From: Babesia bigemina
Taxonomy: Eukaryota
Assembly (NCBI RefSeq): GCF_000981445.1
Contig: NC_027220.1
Span: forward strand, 248,001-312,000
Direction of reading: 5' to 3'
DNA: 64,000 bases
Every line of letters begins with the position of its first letter. The stretch's first letter is position 1. A model generated the notes under the pieces. It did not search any database. It saw nothing but the letters and a program-made list of their open reading frames with translations, and was not told where the DNA came from. The position numbers and the translations under genes are program-made. Below, in pieces: positions 38,456 through 49,753 of the stretch.

Positions 38456-41377
38456 TCATTCATAGGTGTAGTAGTTCTCGATCTGTATGGTCGACAGGAC
38501 GACACCCTTGGTGGTGACGCAGTGGCATTCCAATGGTGGCGTTTGGCGCACCTCCTCCCCAAGCCCTGAAAGGTTACTGAATGAATACAGTAAGACAAAG
38601 TGGTTCGAATGTGACGCTACCAAAGCGGTGGTGAAGTCGCTTATGTTCTTTACCCTGCCGTTTACTAACACCTGGTTGAAGCAACCGGGCGGGTCCAGGA
38701 CGTACGGTGCTGGGCAGTAGAAAGCCGCTTGTCTAGCCTTATGAAGATCGATCTTGCAACCAAACTTTCGTTCTCCTGTAGAGTTGTAGAGTTTGGGTGT
38801 CTCGGGCTTGAAAAGCTCATCTGATTCGTAGGTAACGCCGCAACCTTGCATGTACGGGTCAGTGGTCTCGACAGCAACTTCAACGACGTGCCACGTGTAT
38901 ATGCCAGACCATTTCGTAGTCTGCCCTATGGGATGTGTGGATGAGTCCGATGTGTTACCGTCGTCAGTGACAATGGACAAATCTGATAGTGTGGGTGCTT
39001 TACCGCACACGAATGCCATGGGTATGAATTTCCCATATAGGGGGTCTTTAGATATCACGATGGCGCTTTTAGACGATTCTAGGTTGATTTGGTGATATGT
39101 GGGCCAGCCTCCATCCTCATAGCTGACTCGAAAACCATCAGCACTGGTGACCATGGACCTTTTGTATGAAGTTCTAACAAGTCGAGTTCCGTTAGTTGTG
39201 TACTTAACGGTATAATAGAACTCCTCAAGTTCTGGCGGCAGCCATTTAGCTTTAATCTTCCCATCATATTTAACGTGCTGAAGCTTGTCATCAAGAGAGC
39301 AACTCATGACCAACGTTGTGCCTACTTTTAGTGTAATGGGCCTTTGTGGTTCATAGGATATAGTCAGCAGTTTTGATGTACCGATTCCGTCAACTAATAA
39401 TTCAGCCCTATTCCTAGGCGGAGATATAGATGGGATGAACTTCCGTAACTTATTTTTACGGTGTATTAGGTAGGTATAATGCTGTTTATGCCTGGACCCC
39501 AAAATAAATCGGGAGGTCTCGTATCCACGTTTGTCAACGCAGATGCAGGCATGGCTGAGTGGGATATTGTCAAACCCTATCTCGAAAACTTGTAATCCTG
39601 GAATAGAATGTGGAGTCACGTTGCGCACCATTTCTGGAAATGGCATAACCTGATTGGAAGATAGGTCGTATCCAACCGAATCACAATTCATTGGCAGCAA
39701 TTCCTCGTCTGGGCTGCAGTAAATGCCCGTCTTCAACATGCGTGTGGTTTGATTGTATGAGCATTCGTAAATATCGCCTATACCGTTTCCCATTTGTTTT
39801 TTTGCGCAATAGTGACTGCTAAGGGCACGATCAAATACCCTTGGTGCCTTTCGATTACACCCTATAATGCGGTATTCATGACTAAAGGCAAAGGAGACAT
39901 TTACAGTGGCGCGGATGTTATCTTGCGAATCATATTTGGTAGATTTTGATGTCCAATGATACAAGAACGAGTTGTGCCCCCCTATTAACGTGAGAGGTTT
40001 GCCTAGATGGTACTTCAGTTTTACCTCACCCTGGGATATTTGGGAAACATCCAGTTCAAGGGCATCACCAGCAAGCGCATCCTGGTACATGATTTCGTCG
40101 TAAATATTAAAGTCGTAGAAACTTGCTAATTGTCTCACCACAGCCAAGTTATGCGGGTGAAATTCAGCATCATATTCATAGACTGATGGCGGTGGAGAGG
40201 ACTGGTCAGTAAGACGATCCTGAGCAACATCCACAGCAGCATTTTCGTCTTGATAATCGTCCGCAGCTATTCCTGTTGATGTCGAGTATATCTGCTCTTT
40301 CGGCAACTTTATGGTCAAGGTGCTTCCCGGATGAAGGACCACCGAACACCATGGGCTACTGGTAGGTTGCAAATCTTTGTGTTCGATCATGCTAGCAATG
40401 TCACAAATGTATTCTGTTTTCGAACGAATCTCCATCGTCGCCTTAACTTCTCCCGTTTTGTTATCAATGCATCTACATTCTCCACTGAATTCAGGCAACG
40501 CTAACTCCGAGAAGTATTTCGCTATCACCCATGTAGCACTGTTATGCAAATTCCTGTGAGAATATGGTGTAGGGGCATTTAAAATATTGCCTTTCTTGTC
40601 TAGGAGTGATTTCATGCATTCCTCAGGTTCAATACGACCTTCGCAAACAAATCCTATGGGCGCTCTTGACGTAGGATCGGCTACGCACGACCGTACGCCT
40701 GTGTTAGGATCTACAGTAACTTCAGTATCCGCAGCGAACAGTGGTGAAGGGCGGCTACCGCAGCCTTGAAGGGGTAGGTGTACGTCACCTCTGTGCAAGA
40801 CAAACACCCCGATGGGCTTTCCTATCTTAGCCAATTCCTGGGTCAATGGTGTGGCTGGTGTCCAAGGAAGTTGTTGCATTTGGAGGGCAGTATACATGCC
40901 ATCTAGTTGACGTTGCAAGGTGTCACTCATGACCAATTTTCGTGGGCCACAAATGAACATTGCACGTCGTGCTGTTATTGCATACGTATCGGCAGACATA
41001 AAATTTACTTTTAGTGCCACCTCTGATGCTCTCAGTTGGAACCATACTAGTGGAGTCTTTGACTCAGCTAGTATCACTTCCGAAAGAGGAACAGCACGAA
41101 ACTTGCCATTGCCAGTGAGGTACGTCTTGAGATGGGCTTGCTTGTACGAGGTAGGTTGTGGATGCCACACATATTCCGTACCGTTGAGTCGATTTGGGCA
41201 TATTACATCCGCTAAGCTAGCGTATGTAATATCCATCCGACACAGGAAAAGAGCATTTTCGCTGAGAAAGTCACCTGAATCCCCGAAATCACAATGCAAT
41301 GCATCGATGGGTTTGATGCGACAGAAGCATATTGCGCTGATAGCGCAAATAATGCTCTTGAGTCTACATTTAGCCAT
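38456..41377 (-). CDS. Secreted multi-domain cysteine-motif protein, 6-Cys (s48/45)-like, 973 aa
   Basis: Signal-peptide-like N-terminus followed by CDF; repeated GC...C...C(P)...P..C...CxC modules (e.g. MQGCG...FGCKID...FYCPAPYVLDPPGCF...LECHCV); single exon. Confidence 0.75.
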   Translation of the reverse strand: MAKCRLKSIICAISAICFCRIKPIDALHCDFGDSGDFLSENALFLCRMDITYASLADVICPNRLNGTEYVWHPQPTSYKQAHLKTYLTGNGKFRAVPLSEVILAESKTPLVWFQLRASEVALKVNFMSADTYAITARRAMFICGPRKLVMSDTLQRQLDGMYTALQMQQLPWTPATPLTQELAKIGKPIGVFVLHRGDVHLPLQGCGSRPSPLFAADTEVTVDPNTGVRSCVADPTSRAPIGFVCEGRIEPEECMKSLLDKKGNILNAPTPYSHRNLHNSATWVIAKYFSELALPEFSGECRCIDNKTGEVKATMEIRSKTEYICDIASMIEHKDLQPTSSPWCSVVLHPGSTLTIKLPKEQIYSTSTGIAADDYQDENAAVDVAQDRLTDQSSPPPSVYEYDAEFHPHNLAVVRQLASFYDFNIYDEIMYQDALAGDALELDVSQISQGEVKLKYHLGKPLTLIGGHNSFLYHWTSKSTKYDSQDNIRATVNVSFAFSHEYRIIGCNRKAPRVFDRALSSHYCAKKQMGNGIGDIYECSYNQTTRMLKTGIYCSPDEELLPMNCDSVGYDLSSNQVMPFPEMVRNVTPHSIPGLQVFEIGFDNIPLSHACICVDKRGYETSRFILGSRHKQHYTYLIHRKNKLRKFIPSISPPRNRAELLVDGIGTSKLLTISYEPQRPITLKVGTTLVMSCSLDDKLQHVKYDGKIKAKWLPPELEEFYYTVKYTTNGTRLVRTSYKRSMVTSADGFRVSYEDGGWPTYHQINLESSKSAIVISKDPLYGKFIPMAFVCGKAPTLSDLSIVTDDGNTSDSSTHPIGQTTKWSGIYTWHVVEVAVETTDPYMQGCGVTYESDELFKPETPKLYNSTGERKFGCKIDLHKARQAAFYCPAPYVLDPPGCFNQVLVNGRVKNISDFTTALVASHSNHFVLLYSFSNLSGLGEEVRQTPPLECHCVTTKGVVLSTIQIENYYTYE

Positions 41378-43167
41378 GGTTATCGATTTTGAGTCATACT
41401 ACCAATAAAGGGAAACCTAAATGGGCAATGCAAAGGTGAAAGGCCAATTTCACAGATATGTGAGAACAAAGGGGAACTTATAATAACTGTTGAACAATTT
41501 GTTGGGATAATGAAAGATAGCCAAACCCCATATCCGCAGCTGGGCAGTAGTATCGAAGAATTTTCTTTCACTGCTCAAACTGCGTAAGCCAAAAAAATAT
41601 CGGTTATATACGCTAACGACTACAAGTGTTTCAGTGATGGCACGGAATGATGGCATGTCTTGCATCAGATTTGGAACATTAACGAATCATCAGTGCGCCT
41701 AAAGGGGTATGTCCTCGGATCTAGTCACTGAGCACGCTCACGTGAACATCATGCTCGGACATAGAAGGAAGAATGCGACCGCACTCGTAGAAATCGGAAT
41801 AACTAATCAAGCCAGTTTGGTGAAGGCTGCGTCATATGTGATGGGGAAATACGATGACCCGGTGAAGGACCTCAAAAGCAAAGCATTCAGCGAGCAGGGA
41901 TGTTTCGACGTGCCGCACTGAGTGATCAACATGGAATCCGGAGACGATTTTGACTATGTGAATGACCTTGCTGCGAAGACTGGATAGATGTCCACAGGTA
42001 TGGCGACCAATGCGTACGGCAATAGTACGTCTAGAAACCTGCAACTTACAACCATGGCGCATATGTAATAAGTCGTGGATCGGTGCATACGGTAGTACCA
42101 GACAGCTGTATCCTTTGGGGAGGATGCAGAACTTGAAATACAAAAATAATATGTTTGACGATAACAGTGTTTGCGAATGAGAGGACGCTTTGTTGTGTTA
42201 CAATTACCATCGCAGCTATTTACTGCATGGCACAAGCCATATTCAAAGAAATTGGGACACCTACTGACTAGGAATATATCATATAATCGAAATACAGAGC
42301 ACAGTGCTAATAGGCACGGTGATGAGTTACACATTGGATCGTAGACAGGTAACACGGCCCACAGCAGCAAGATTAACTCGTTTAAACTAATCACAACCGA
42401 TTAAAATGTCTTATAACACATTCCGCTGAATGCGGCTCTGTTACATCCGATGCGCATCTCTCCTCGCAGGAATTGCGGCAGCGATAAACCATAAGAAATC
42501 ATACTAGAACGAAACCGTGCAGAGATTCCGCCATTATTAAGCAGTTCAAAACACAGGATTCTGCTGCTTCTCATGTCAGGTACCCGTTACGCGCTGATTC
42601 ATCTACAAAACGCGCTTCCACCGTTTGGGATGAACCTCCGTTCAAGAAGCGAAAACATACTTGTATTGTACCAATAACCAATTATTCGTGCCGTATGAAA
42701 TAGTGCCGACGTACAATAATCGATGAAATGGTCATGAATGTTTTGGCGAAATTTTCTGAGATTCTATGTCAATACCTTGTCTACTGTCTAACAACTAATG
42801 GGTCTATAAATACGATACATAGTGACCCCTGTAATTGCCATTGGCGATTCCGCATACATACTTTGAATGTGTGTAGGTTTCGGTCATGAATTAGTCGCCC
42901 ACACACATACACGTAGCGATGTATAGATGGCGTCGTATAATACATTAAGATGCCGATTAACGCAATCTATGTGGCATCATACGACTAAATAAGCTGTCGA
43001 ATGATATGTGTTGTGTTTTGACTTGCGAAATGCCCGTACGTCTGTCACGGGCGTAACGGTTTAAAGGGCGCGGCTGTTGCTGCCCTTCTCGCGACTCTAT
43101 CCGCACTTCTGCCTATTTGCACCTTCTCTCATGAGATTTGTGAAGCATAAAACGCATTTTCAACGAA

Positions 43168-46100
43168 ATGGTGAAGGCAAAGCATGGAAGCAACCCTCCA
43201 ACCGGTGTCGATGTGGAAGGCGTGCTCAGGGATTTCGCCGATCGCAAGCTATCCGAAGAGAGAGGATGTACCGTCGAGTCCCTCCAGAAGAGGCGCGCTG
43301 AAGCATTCAAAAATGCCGCTGAAGACGAAAGATTATACAAGGTTTTCGCCTCCTGTTTCATGGAGAGGCGCATGTGGAGAGAGGCGCTTACCGAACTTCA
43401 CACTCGCCTTTACCTTTTAGACAAAGAATCGAAGGAATACGAAGCCACTATGGATATGATACGCGTAGCTCAGCACAACCTGTTGGCAGAGGTGATGCCC
43501 ATACCGGTAGCCTTCAAGGAACTGCTCTTTGTCAGGGACCTCGAGGAAAAGTGGTCAACTTGGATGTCGCAAGTGGGTTACACAGAACAGTTGACCAATG
43601 TGACGCGTGCTGAAAATGCGATGGAGTATAGGTCAAATACGCTGGTTACAAGAGTAAACCTGAAGCCGGGCAGTCTCCTCATGAGGAAACGGCCCTTCGC
43701 CGCGGCGCCGTGGTGTAGCGACACCGCTGACTGGCAGTCAAGCACGGACGCCGACGCGCGGCGCATCAGCTGCTTTCATTGCCTTTCTGTGATGCGACAT
43801 GTGACCGACCCTGACTACCAGAGCATGACATTCGTATCATGCCCTCTGAGGCCGTTCGAATGTTTAAAAGTGTTCTGTTCCGAAGACTGTTTCCTTCACA
43901 ACGGCGCCGTACATGCGGCTGAGTGTGAACATTTGATGAAGTTAAAATCGTTTGCAACTACCGCATTGAACGAGACGTTCGTCATGCTCACTGCACGTAC
44001 GCTCATTCGGTGTGGCCTATGCGCGGGCAAGCGCAACTCCGAATCGTCGCGACCAGCTTCTGGTGCGCCAACCGATGCCCGAGGTGATGTGCTCCAGCAA
44101 ATACTCGACGTCAAAGTGGACTACGCAACGTTGGAACAAAGGTACTTACACATTTTAGACAAACTTCAGATGTTCGCGGACTTCCTTTTGAAGGAAATGG
44201 GAGTGAAATTCTGCTTGTACCTGACACGCCGGGAACTTGTCCATATGATGGTGGTCTTGTGGACTAAGAGCGTGTCTCTGAAGCCGGATGTTTACTCCGA
44301 TGATGAGAATGTGATTATCGGCGGCGTTGTCTTCGATGCTGACATGATGTGTTTCCAGCAGTCCAGACTACCCACTCTGGTCGCGCATCTGGACGGTGTG
44401 GGACGGGTGTCTATACGCTCCATCTACACAATGGAGCCAGGCATGAAGCTCTTTATCAGCACCGCCATGGACAAGTACGTGCCTTTTTTCATTCAGGATT
44501 CCGAATTTTGGTCGGCAGGCCTGTTGCTTTCTGAGGCGGTTGAAAACTGTCTCCCCAAGAAGTCACCTGATATATCTGCCGTGAGGTGTGGGCAGTGCAT
44601 TAGGGGGTTTTGCCATATAGATGCCCTGAAAAGCCCCGTGGACGGACAGGCAGACGAACGGTCCCCGAAGGAATACTCGTGGGCATGCAGCAACCGTTGT
44701 GCGACGAACGACGAGGACCTCAATCAAATTGAGAACAGGGCTGAAAGCATAATCATGAGGGCGCATCGCCTCTATGTCGTTGGGCAACACTTGGTGGTCA
44801 GAAAGTTGCTCGATAACTTCGTGTGGAGATGGTCGGGGGCCCTACACCCCAAGCACTACTTACTGTACAATGCGCACGTGCTGCTTGCGGGTATTAAGAT
44901 GAACAAGGCAGGGTCTAACGCTCTGGAGGCAGTGCGCCATCTTACAGCGGCAACGATCATGGCAGAGGAAATGCTGCCTCTGGTTTGCCACGAGAAGGCG
45001 CATCTTTATTCCAGGTTGGCGGACTTGATGGGCCAGCTCGTGATGACCGCGCGGGTGAACCGCAAGGAAGACGTTCAACTGAAGCAGATGACGCTGGAGG
45101 CTGCGTATACGGCGCTGTGGAATTGGACCGTCATAGCGGGGGCAGAGTCCCGCGAGGCACTGATTCACATGCAAAAGTGCCGCAATATCGCATTCCAAAT
45201 GAACGTCCACGTTTCCAAGCTGTGCAATAATTTTGTGATCCACGTGCCGGGAAAGTACATGGAAATATTTAAGCAGGTCACCGGCAACTGCGTGCTGCCG
45301 CCGGTTTTCAGGTTTTCTGCGGCCGGCGACCTGTCGGAGACCACCACTGACCACGTCGCTACAATCGCGTTCATGGCTGCGCAGAGCGAGATATTGAACG
45401 AGGAGGTACTGGAAATGCTCATGTCAATGGCTTCGTATGGCATCATGCACCTTGGCACGGGTCTGAGCGTGCTGGGCATCGCCGCCTCCAACGGGAGCGT
45501 GGAGATGGTCAAGGCGATCACGGAGTCAATCCACACCAGGATAGACAAGGCGTACGATTTCATCAGCAAGAACGGCAGCACCTCGAGTGTGGAGTCAACC
45601 ATCGCCAACCTGCTGTTGACTTTAGCCGGTGGAAATGAATTGGGTGTCACGCCTCTGATAGCCATGGTGTCCATGCCCACAGCCAGCGACCCCCAGTCGT
45701 TGAAAAACGAAATCATCATCTGCCGCCTCATAGTTGAGTGCGCGGAGAAATGCGACGAAATCATCGAGCGGCATAGGGGTGCCGTTGCGGTGCAGCTCCG
45801 CAGCCTGCGGTGGCTGATGGAGTCGAAGTGTACGGTCAAAAGTCTGGTCCTCGATGCCCGGACGCACAATTTTCTGCAGGGGCAAACGCTACTGCATTAC
45901 GCTGCCGCTAGAGGCAAACGGAATCTCGTGCAATATCTGGCGAGGTTGAGCGGTAATGTTAACCAGATGAACCTCGAGGGCGCCACGCCGCTGCACCTGG
46001 CTGCCATGGGAGCGCATATTGAGGTCTGCGAAACGCTGCTCAGTTTCGGCGCGAAGCAGAACGTGGCCATGAACACGGGGGAGCTGCCGATACATCTTGC

Positions 46101-46683
46101 GGTGCACGCACTGCACGAGGACACGGTGAAGCTCCTGCAGGAACAGCACGCAAAGAACAACGGAAACATGGATGCCGCGTCGAATTCTGCGTGCCTAGGT
46201 CGGAGGCGCAAGAGGGGCCCGTCCATATGGCACGCCTTGGTGTCTGGCATATACCGACCAGAGGCTTCGGCAAAGATGGCCGGCGACATAAGGCTTGACG
46301 TTATGGTGTCAAGGTTGGAGAGGGCTGCGCGGATAGCGCAATTCCTGGCAGAGCATACGCCGCCTCAGGAGATGTACGTGTGGTCGGACATGACGCCATC
46401 GCAGCTGCTGCGCCAGAAGTGGGAAGAGTATACCGAAGGAAACAGCCACCTGTTCGACGCCCAAGAAGGCGCACCTATACTCCACAAAGCTGATGTTGAT
46501 GCATACCAGCCAGCCACTACACCGTGCAGCGTGTACAACGAGGGCACGGACACAATATTTGTGGCGGAGAGGGCCATGCAGTTCCTAGCTCAGCTCCTGA
46601 AGCGCGCCGAGGAAGGATCCGCCGAAGCCGCAAACCAGCGGACGGATAACGGCGCGCCGCCTACTCCAGCCAATGGAAGTTAA
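43168..46683 (+). CDS. SMYD-like SET-MYND protein with TPR-like helices and C-terminal ankyrin repeats
   Basis: LKPGSLLMRKRPFA (SET N-part), MYND-like CFHC...CP..C...FCSEDC...H..EC, LHPKH helical domain, ankyrin repeats GQTLLHYAA, GATPLHLAA, GELPIHLAV. Confidence 0.75.
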   Translation: MVKAKHGSNPPTGVDVEGVLRDFADRKLSEERGCTVESLQKRRAEAFKNAAEDERLYKVFASCFMERRMWREALTELHTRLYLLDKESKEYEATMDMIRVAQHNLLAEVMPIPVAFKELLFVRDLEEKWSTWMSQVGYTEQLTNVTRAENAMEYRSNTLVTRVNLKPGSLLMRKRPFAAAPWCSDTADWQSSTDADARRISCFHCLSVMRHVTDPDYQSMTFVSCPLRPFECLKVFCSEDCFLHNGAVHAAECEHLMKLKSFATTALNETFVMLTARTLIRCGLCAGKRNSESSRPASGAPTDARGDVLQQILDVKVDYATLEQRYLHILDKLQMFADFLLKEMGVKFCLYLTRRELVHMMVVLWTKSVSLKPDVYSDDENVIIGGVVFDADMMCFQQSRLPTLVAHLDGVGRVSIRSIYTMEPGMKLFISTAMDKYVPFFIQDSEFWSAGLLLSEAVENCLPKKSPDISAVRCGQCIRGFCHIDALKSPVDGQADERSPKEYSWACSNRCATNDEDLNQIENRAESIIMRAHRLYVVGQHLVVRKLLDNFVWRWSGALHPKHYLLYNAHVLLAGIKMNKAGSNALEAVRHLTAATIMAEEMLPLVCHEKAHLYSRLADLMGQLVMTARVNRKEDVQLKQMTLEAAYTALWNWTVIAGAESREALIHMQKCRNIAFQMNVHVSKLCNNFVIHVPGKYMEIFKQVTGNCVLPPVFRFSAAGDLSETTTDHVATIAFMAAQSEILNEEVLEMLMSMASYGIMHLGTGLSVLGIAASNGSVEMVKAITESIHTRIDKAYDFISKNGSTSSVESTIANLLLTLAGGNELGVTPLIAMVSMPTASDPQSLKNEIIICRLIVECAEKCDEIIERHRGAVAVQLRSLRWLMESKCTVKSLVLDARTHNFLQGQTLLHYAAARGKRNLVQYLARLSGNVNQMNLEGATPLHLAAMGAHIEVCETLLSFGAKQNVAMNTGELPIHLAVHALHEDTVKLLQEQHAKNNGNMDAASNSACLGRRRKRGPSIWHALVSGIYRPEASAKMAGDIRLDVMVSRLERAARIAQFLAEHTPPQEMYVWSDMTPSQLLRQKWEEYTEGNSHLFDAQEGAPILHKADVDAYQPATTPCSVYNEGTDTIFVAERAMQFLAQLLKRAEEGSAEAANQRTDNGAPPTPANGS

Positions 46684-46827
46684 CCCATGCACAATATTTG
46701 TGGAATGCGTTTTTAGGTGCTAGATTCGAGCGACGTACCCGCTCCCACTACGCTGTCGTACACACGTACGCCGTCGCGAGCCTCTGCCTCATGGCAAACT
46801 CATGTCATAAAATAGCGCATTAGCACG

Positions 46828-48517
46828 ATGAGTTTGTCGTTTTATCGCCTTCATCGATGCTTGTTGCAGCATAATCTGCAATCAGTGCTCCCCAAGCGGC
46901 GGTTGACGTACGCCGCCGCGTCACGGGGCTTCTCATCCAACAGCGACAATGAGCAAAAGAAGCAGGTGGTCGTCCTAGGGACCGGCTGGTCGTCGTTATA
47001 TTTTGTGAAGAATCTCGACCTCACGAAGTAAGCAGCGTCTCATCGGTGTTATGCCATTCAGGTTTGACCTTACCGTTGTATCTCCGAGGAACTATTTCAC
47101 CTTCACGCCGCTCCTTCCGAAGCTTTCAGCCGGTAAGATCTCGCCGGTGACGTGTACGGAACCTTTTGCGGCGTTTATGCAGAAGCACAAGCGTGGCAAC
47201 TTCAACTTCGTACATGCCCGTTGTTTGGATGTCAGGCCGGATGAGTATTACGTGGACTGCGTGTCAGTACATGACGCAGAGAGGAAACTGTCGATACCGT
47301 ATGATTATCTGGTTGTCGCTGTAGGCGCTGAATCGAACACTTTCTCCATCCCCGGCGTGGAGGAGCATGCCTACTTTCTGAAGGAGGTGGAACACGCGGA
47401 ATCCATCTACCAGAAAATAGTCTCCAATTTCGAAGCCGCATCTCTTCCCAACACGAGCGATGAGGAGAAGAGGCGCTTACTGCACATGATCGTCGTTGGA
47501 GGTGGGCCGACAGGCGTTGAAATGACGGGGGAGGTAGCAGTGCTATTCAACAAGTATATGGCCAGAACATTCCCGTCGCTGGCTCGCTTTGCAAAAGTCA
47601 CCATAGTGGAAGGCGGGCAGCGTTTACTAGCGACTTTCGGCGCCGGGAACTCGAGATTCACGGACCGTGTTTTGCGGAACAATAACGTCAACGTGATGTT
47701 GGGAAAGCAGGTCTGTGCCGTCGGAAAAGACGATTGCACAGTGAGGGATGTGGTCACTGGAGAGACTGAACGACTACCGTGCGGCATGGTTGTCTGGGCA
47801 AGCGGCTTGAAGTCATCTGATGTCGTCGTGCAGATCCAAAAACATTTTAAAGAGCAGGACAACCCTCGAGCGCTTTTGGTGGACCAATACCTTGCCCTGA
47901 GAGGCAGCGCAGATCGCAGCATTTTCGCAGTCGGTGATTGCTGCAAGGTAACGCCCGACAAGCTCGCCGACAGCATCGACGACGTGATTCAGAGCATCGG
48001 CAGTACGGAGATAAACGCTTTACTTAAATCCCGAAAGGAGTTGGTCAAGCGATTCCCGCAGTTGGCGTCCAACAAGCTGAACACCAGCGAGAGAGCTTTC
48101 AAAGAATTGTGCAAAAGAGTAAGACGCAGTAGTGGAACCGATCGGGAAAAGCTTCTAGAAATCATGGAACACATAGACAACAACTACGCGTCTCCCTTCC
48201 CAACTGCGCAAAATGCGAAACAGGAAAGCTTGTATTTAGCTGAAGCTTTCAACCGTGGGTTCGCCGCGTCCGACTCTCATGCTTTCAACGAGGCGTGGAA
48301 GGGCTCTTTGGCATCGATCGGCGGCAGAAATGTAGTGGGCAATTTCCCCTATTTCCAGCTCAATGGGGGTATTACTACACTCATTTTGTGGTTGGCAGTA
48401 TATATACGGATGTTCTCCAGCAACAAAATGAGGTTATCATACATAGCTGACTCCGTGATACAGAAAATTTGCGGCAGACACATAATTAGCAAGCAATCGG
48501 AAAACAATCGGCGCTAA
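46828..48517 (+). CDS. NDH2: Type II NADH:ubiquinone oxidoreductase (mitochondrial)
   Basis: Basic N-terminal presequence, VVVLGTGW, SPRNYFTFTPLL, YDYLVVAVGA, VVGGGPTGVE, FAVGDC, PTAQNAKQ; 34-nt intron 47028-47061. Confidence 0.95.
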
Positions 48518-49753
48518 CATTTTTCATATTTTACAACGCATCTGTGTAGCGTATTTGCTCAATGTACATGAATACGGCATGGTCGTTAACATACTTATGC
48601 ATAGTGCTGTTTCACATCTGAGGACCTGGCGTGCCAGTAATGGTATTGAGGTCTATCAGTCTTGAATTACATTTTGGTTTTATTGTTAGGTGGTATCTAA
48701 TTCCTTAATACTATATTGTGACAGATCAGTCTATGTGTCGAAAAGCCGGTCATTCGGTGCAAGGTCGTTAAGGAGCTTAATCGCCATGAACGACAAATCA
48801 TGTGACAATTAACGAATTCATGCCGGTAACTAGATCCTAACGCACTACACAGTCATGTACAATCAAATATTTAACAGTATATACACATTACTATGTGTTA
48901 GTGCGTGGCCCGCTGATTGCCTTCACCAGTTTGGGTATTAGTAAGGTTTATTGCAGGCAGCGATATAAAAGTTTTATTATTCAGACTTAATATTGTATTG
49001 CCATATATGGATAATGTACAGCACTTAACGTGGAAACCCATAACATCCTAGATATTCTTCCAGTGAAATGCTTTGAGCAATCTAGCTGTGTTGAACACCG
49101 AGGAGCTGTGATACCCTAAAACGATGAGCGAGTGGACATGATATAAGCACATCTCTGGTTGCATGCAGTGGATCTAAGGCAGTTGGTACATTTTATATTC
49201 CTGTGTATGGCAATGTCAGCGATGGTTAGCATTTATGACCTTCAGGTCTTGAAGCATCCAATTAAACCCCCATTTGAAGATCCATTCCTCCAACGGTTAC
49301 CACCACCTGTTTAGGTCTCTACTGAATATTTGATTCACTTATTAATTATGCGGCGTGAGAAAAATATCTCAATGTAATTGTTTTCCCTGCGAGAGCCGCT
49401 CTATACAGGATTGTAAGGGTCTCCATAGCGTACTACAGAACGCGGTTTCCACTATTTTATTGCTAGGCAGCGGATATGTTTGTTGGTTTCGAACCTTTTA
49501 TCTCTGGTCGGTAGACTAACATATGATCTGCGTACAGTCCACTGCGATGACATTTCTTTCACAAGCCGTTGACTCTGCCGTTGTTTCCACAGACCCATGC
49601 TAAAAACCATCCACACAGGAACAGCAAAAAATATAACACGCTCTTGGTAGTGAAATTCCCAACCTCTCTAGACCGATAGTATATACATGGTCTTACGAGA
49701 TCAAAAGACGTGTGTCCTACGCTTATTCAGAATCCGATAGCAATACAGCAATA

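Noticed and set aside
44860..46289. Long minus-strand ORFs inside the SET-ankyrin gene
   Set aside because: Antisense shadows of the + strand CDS.
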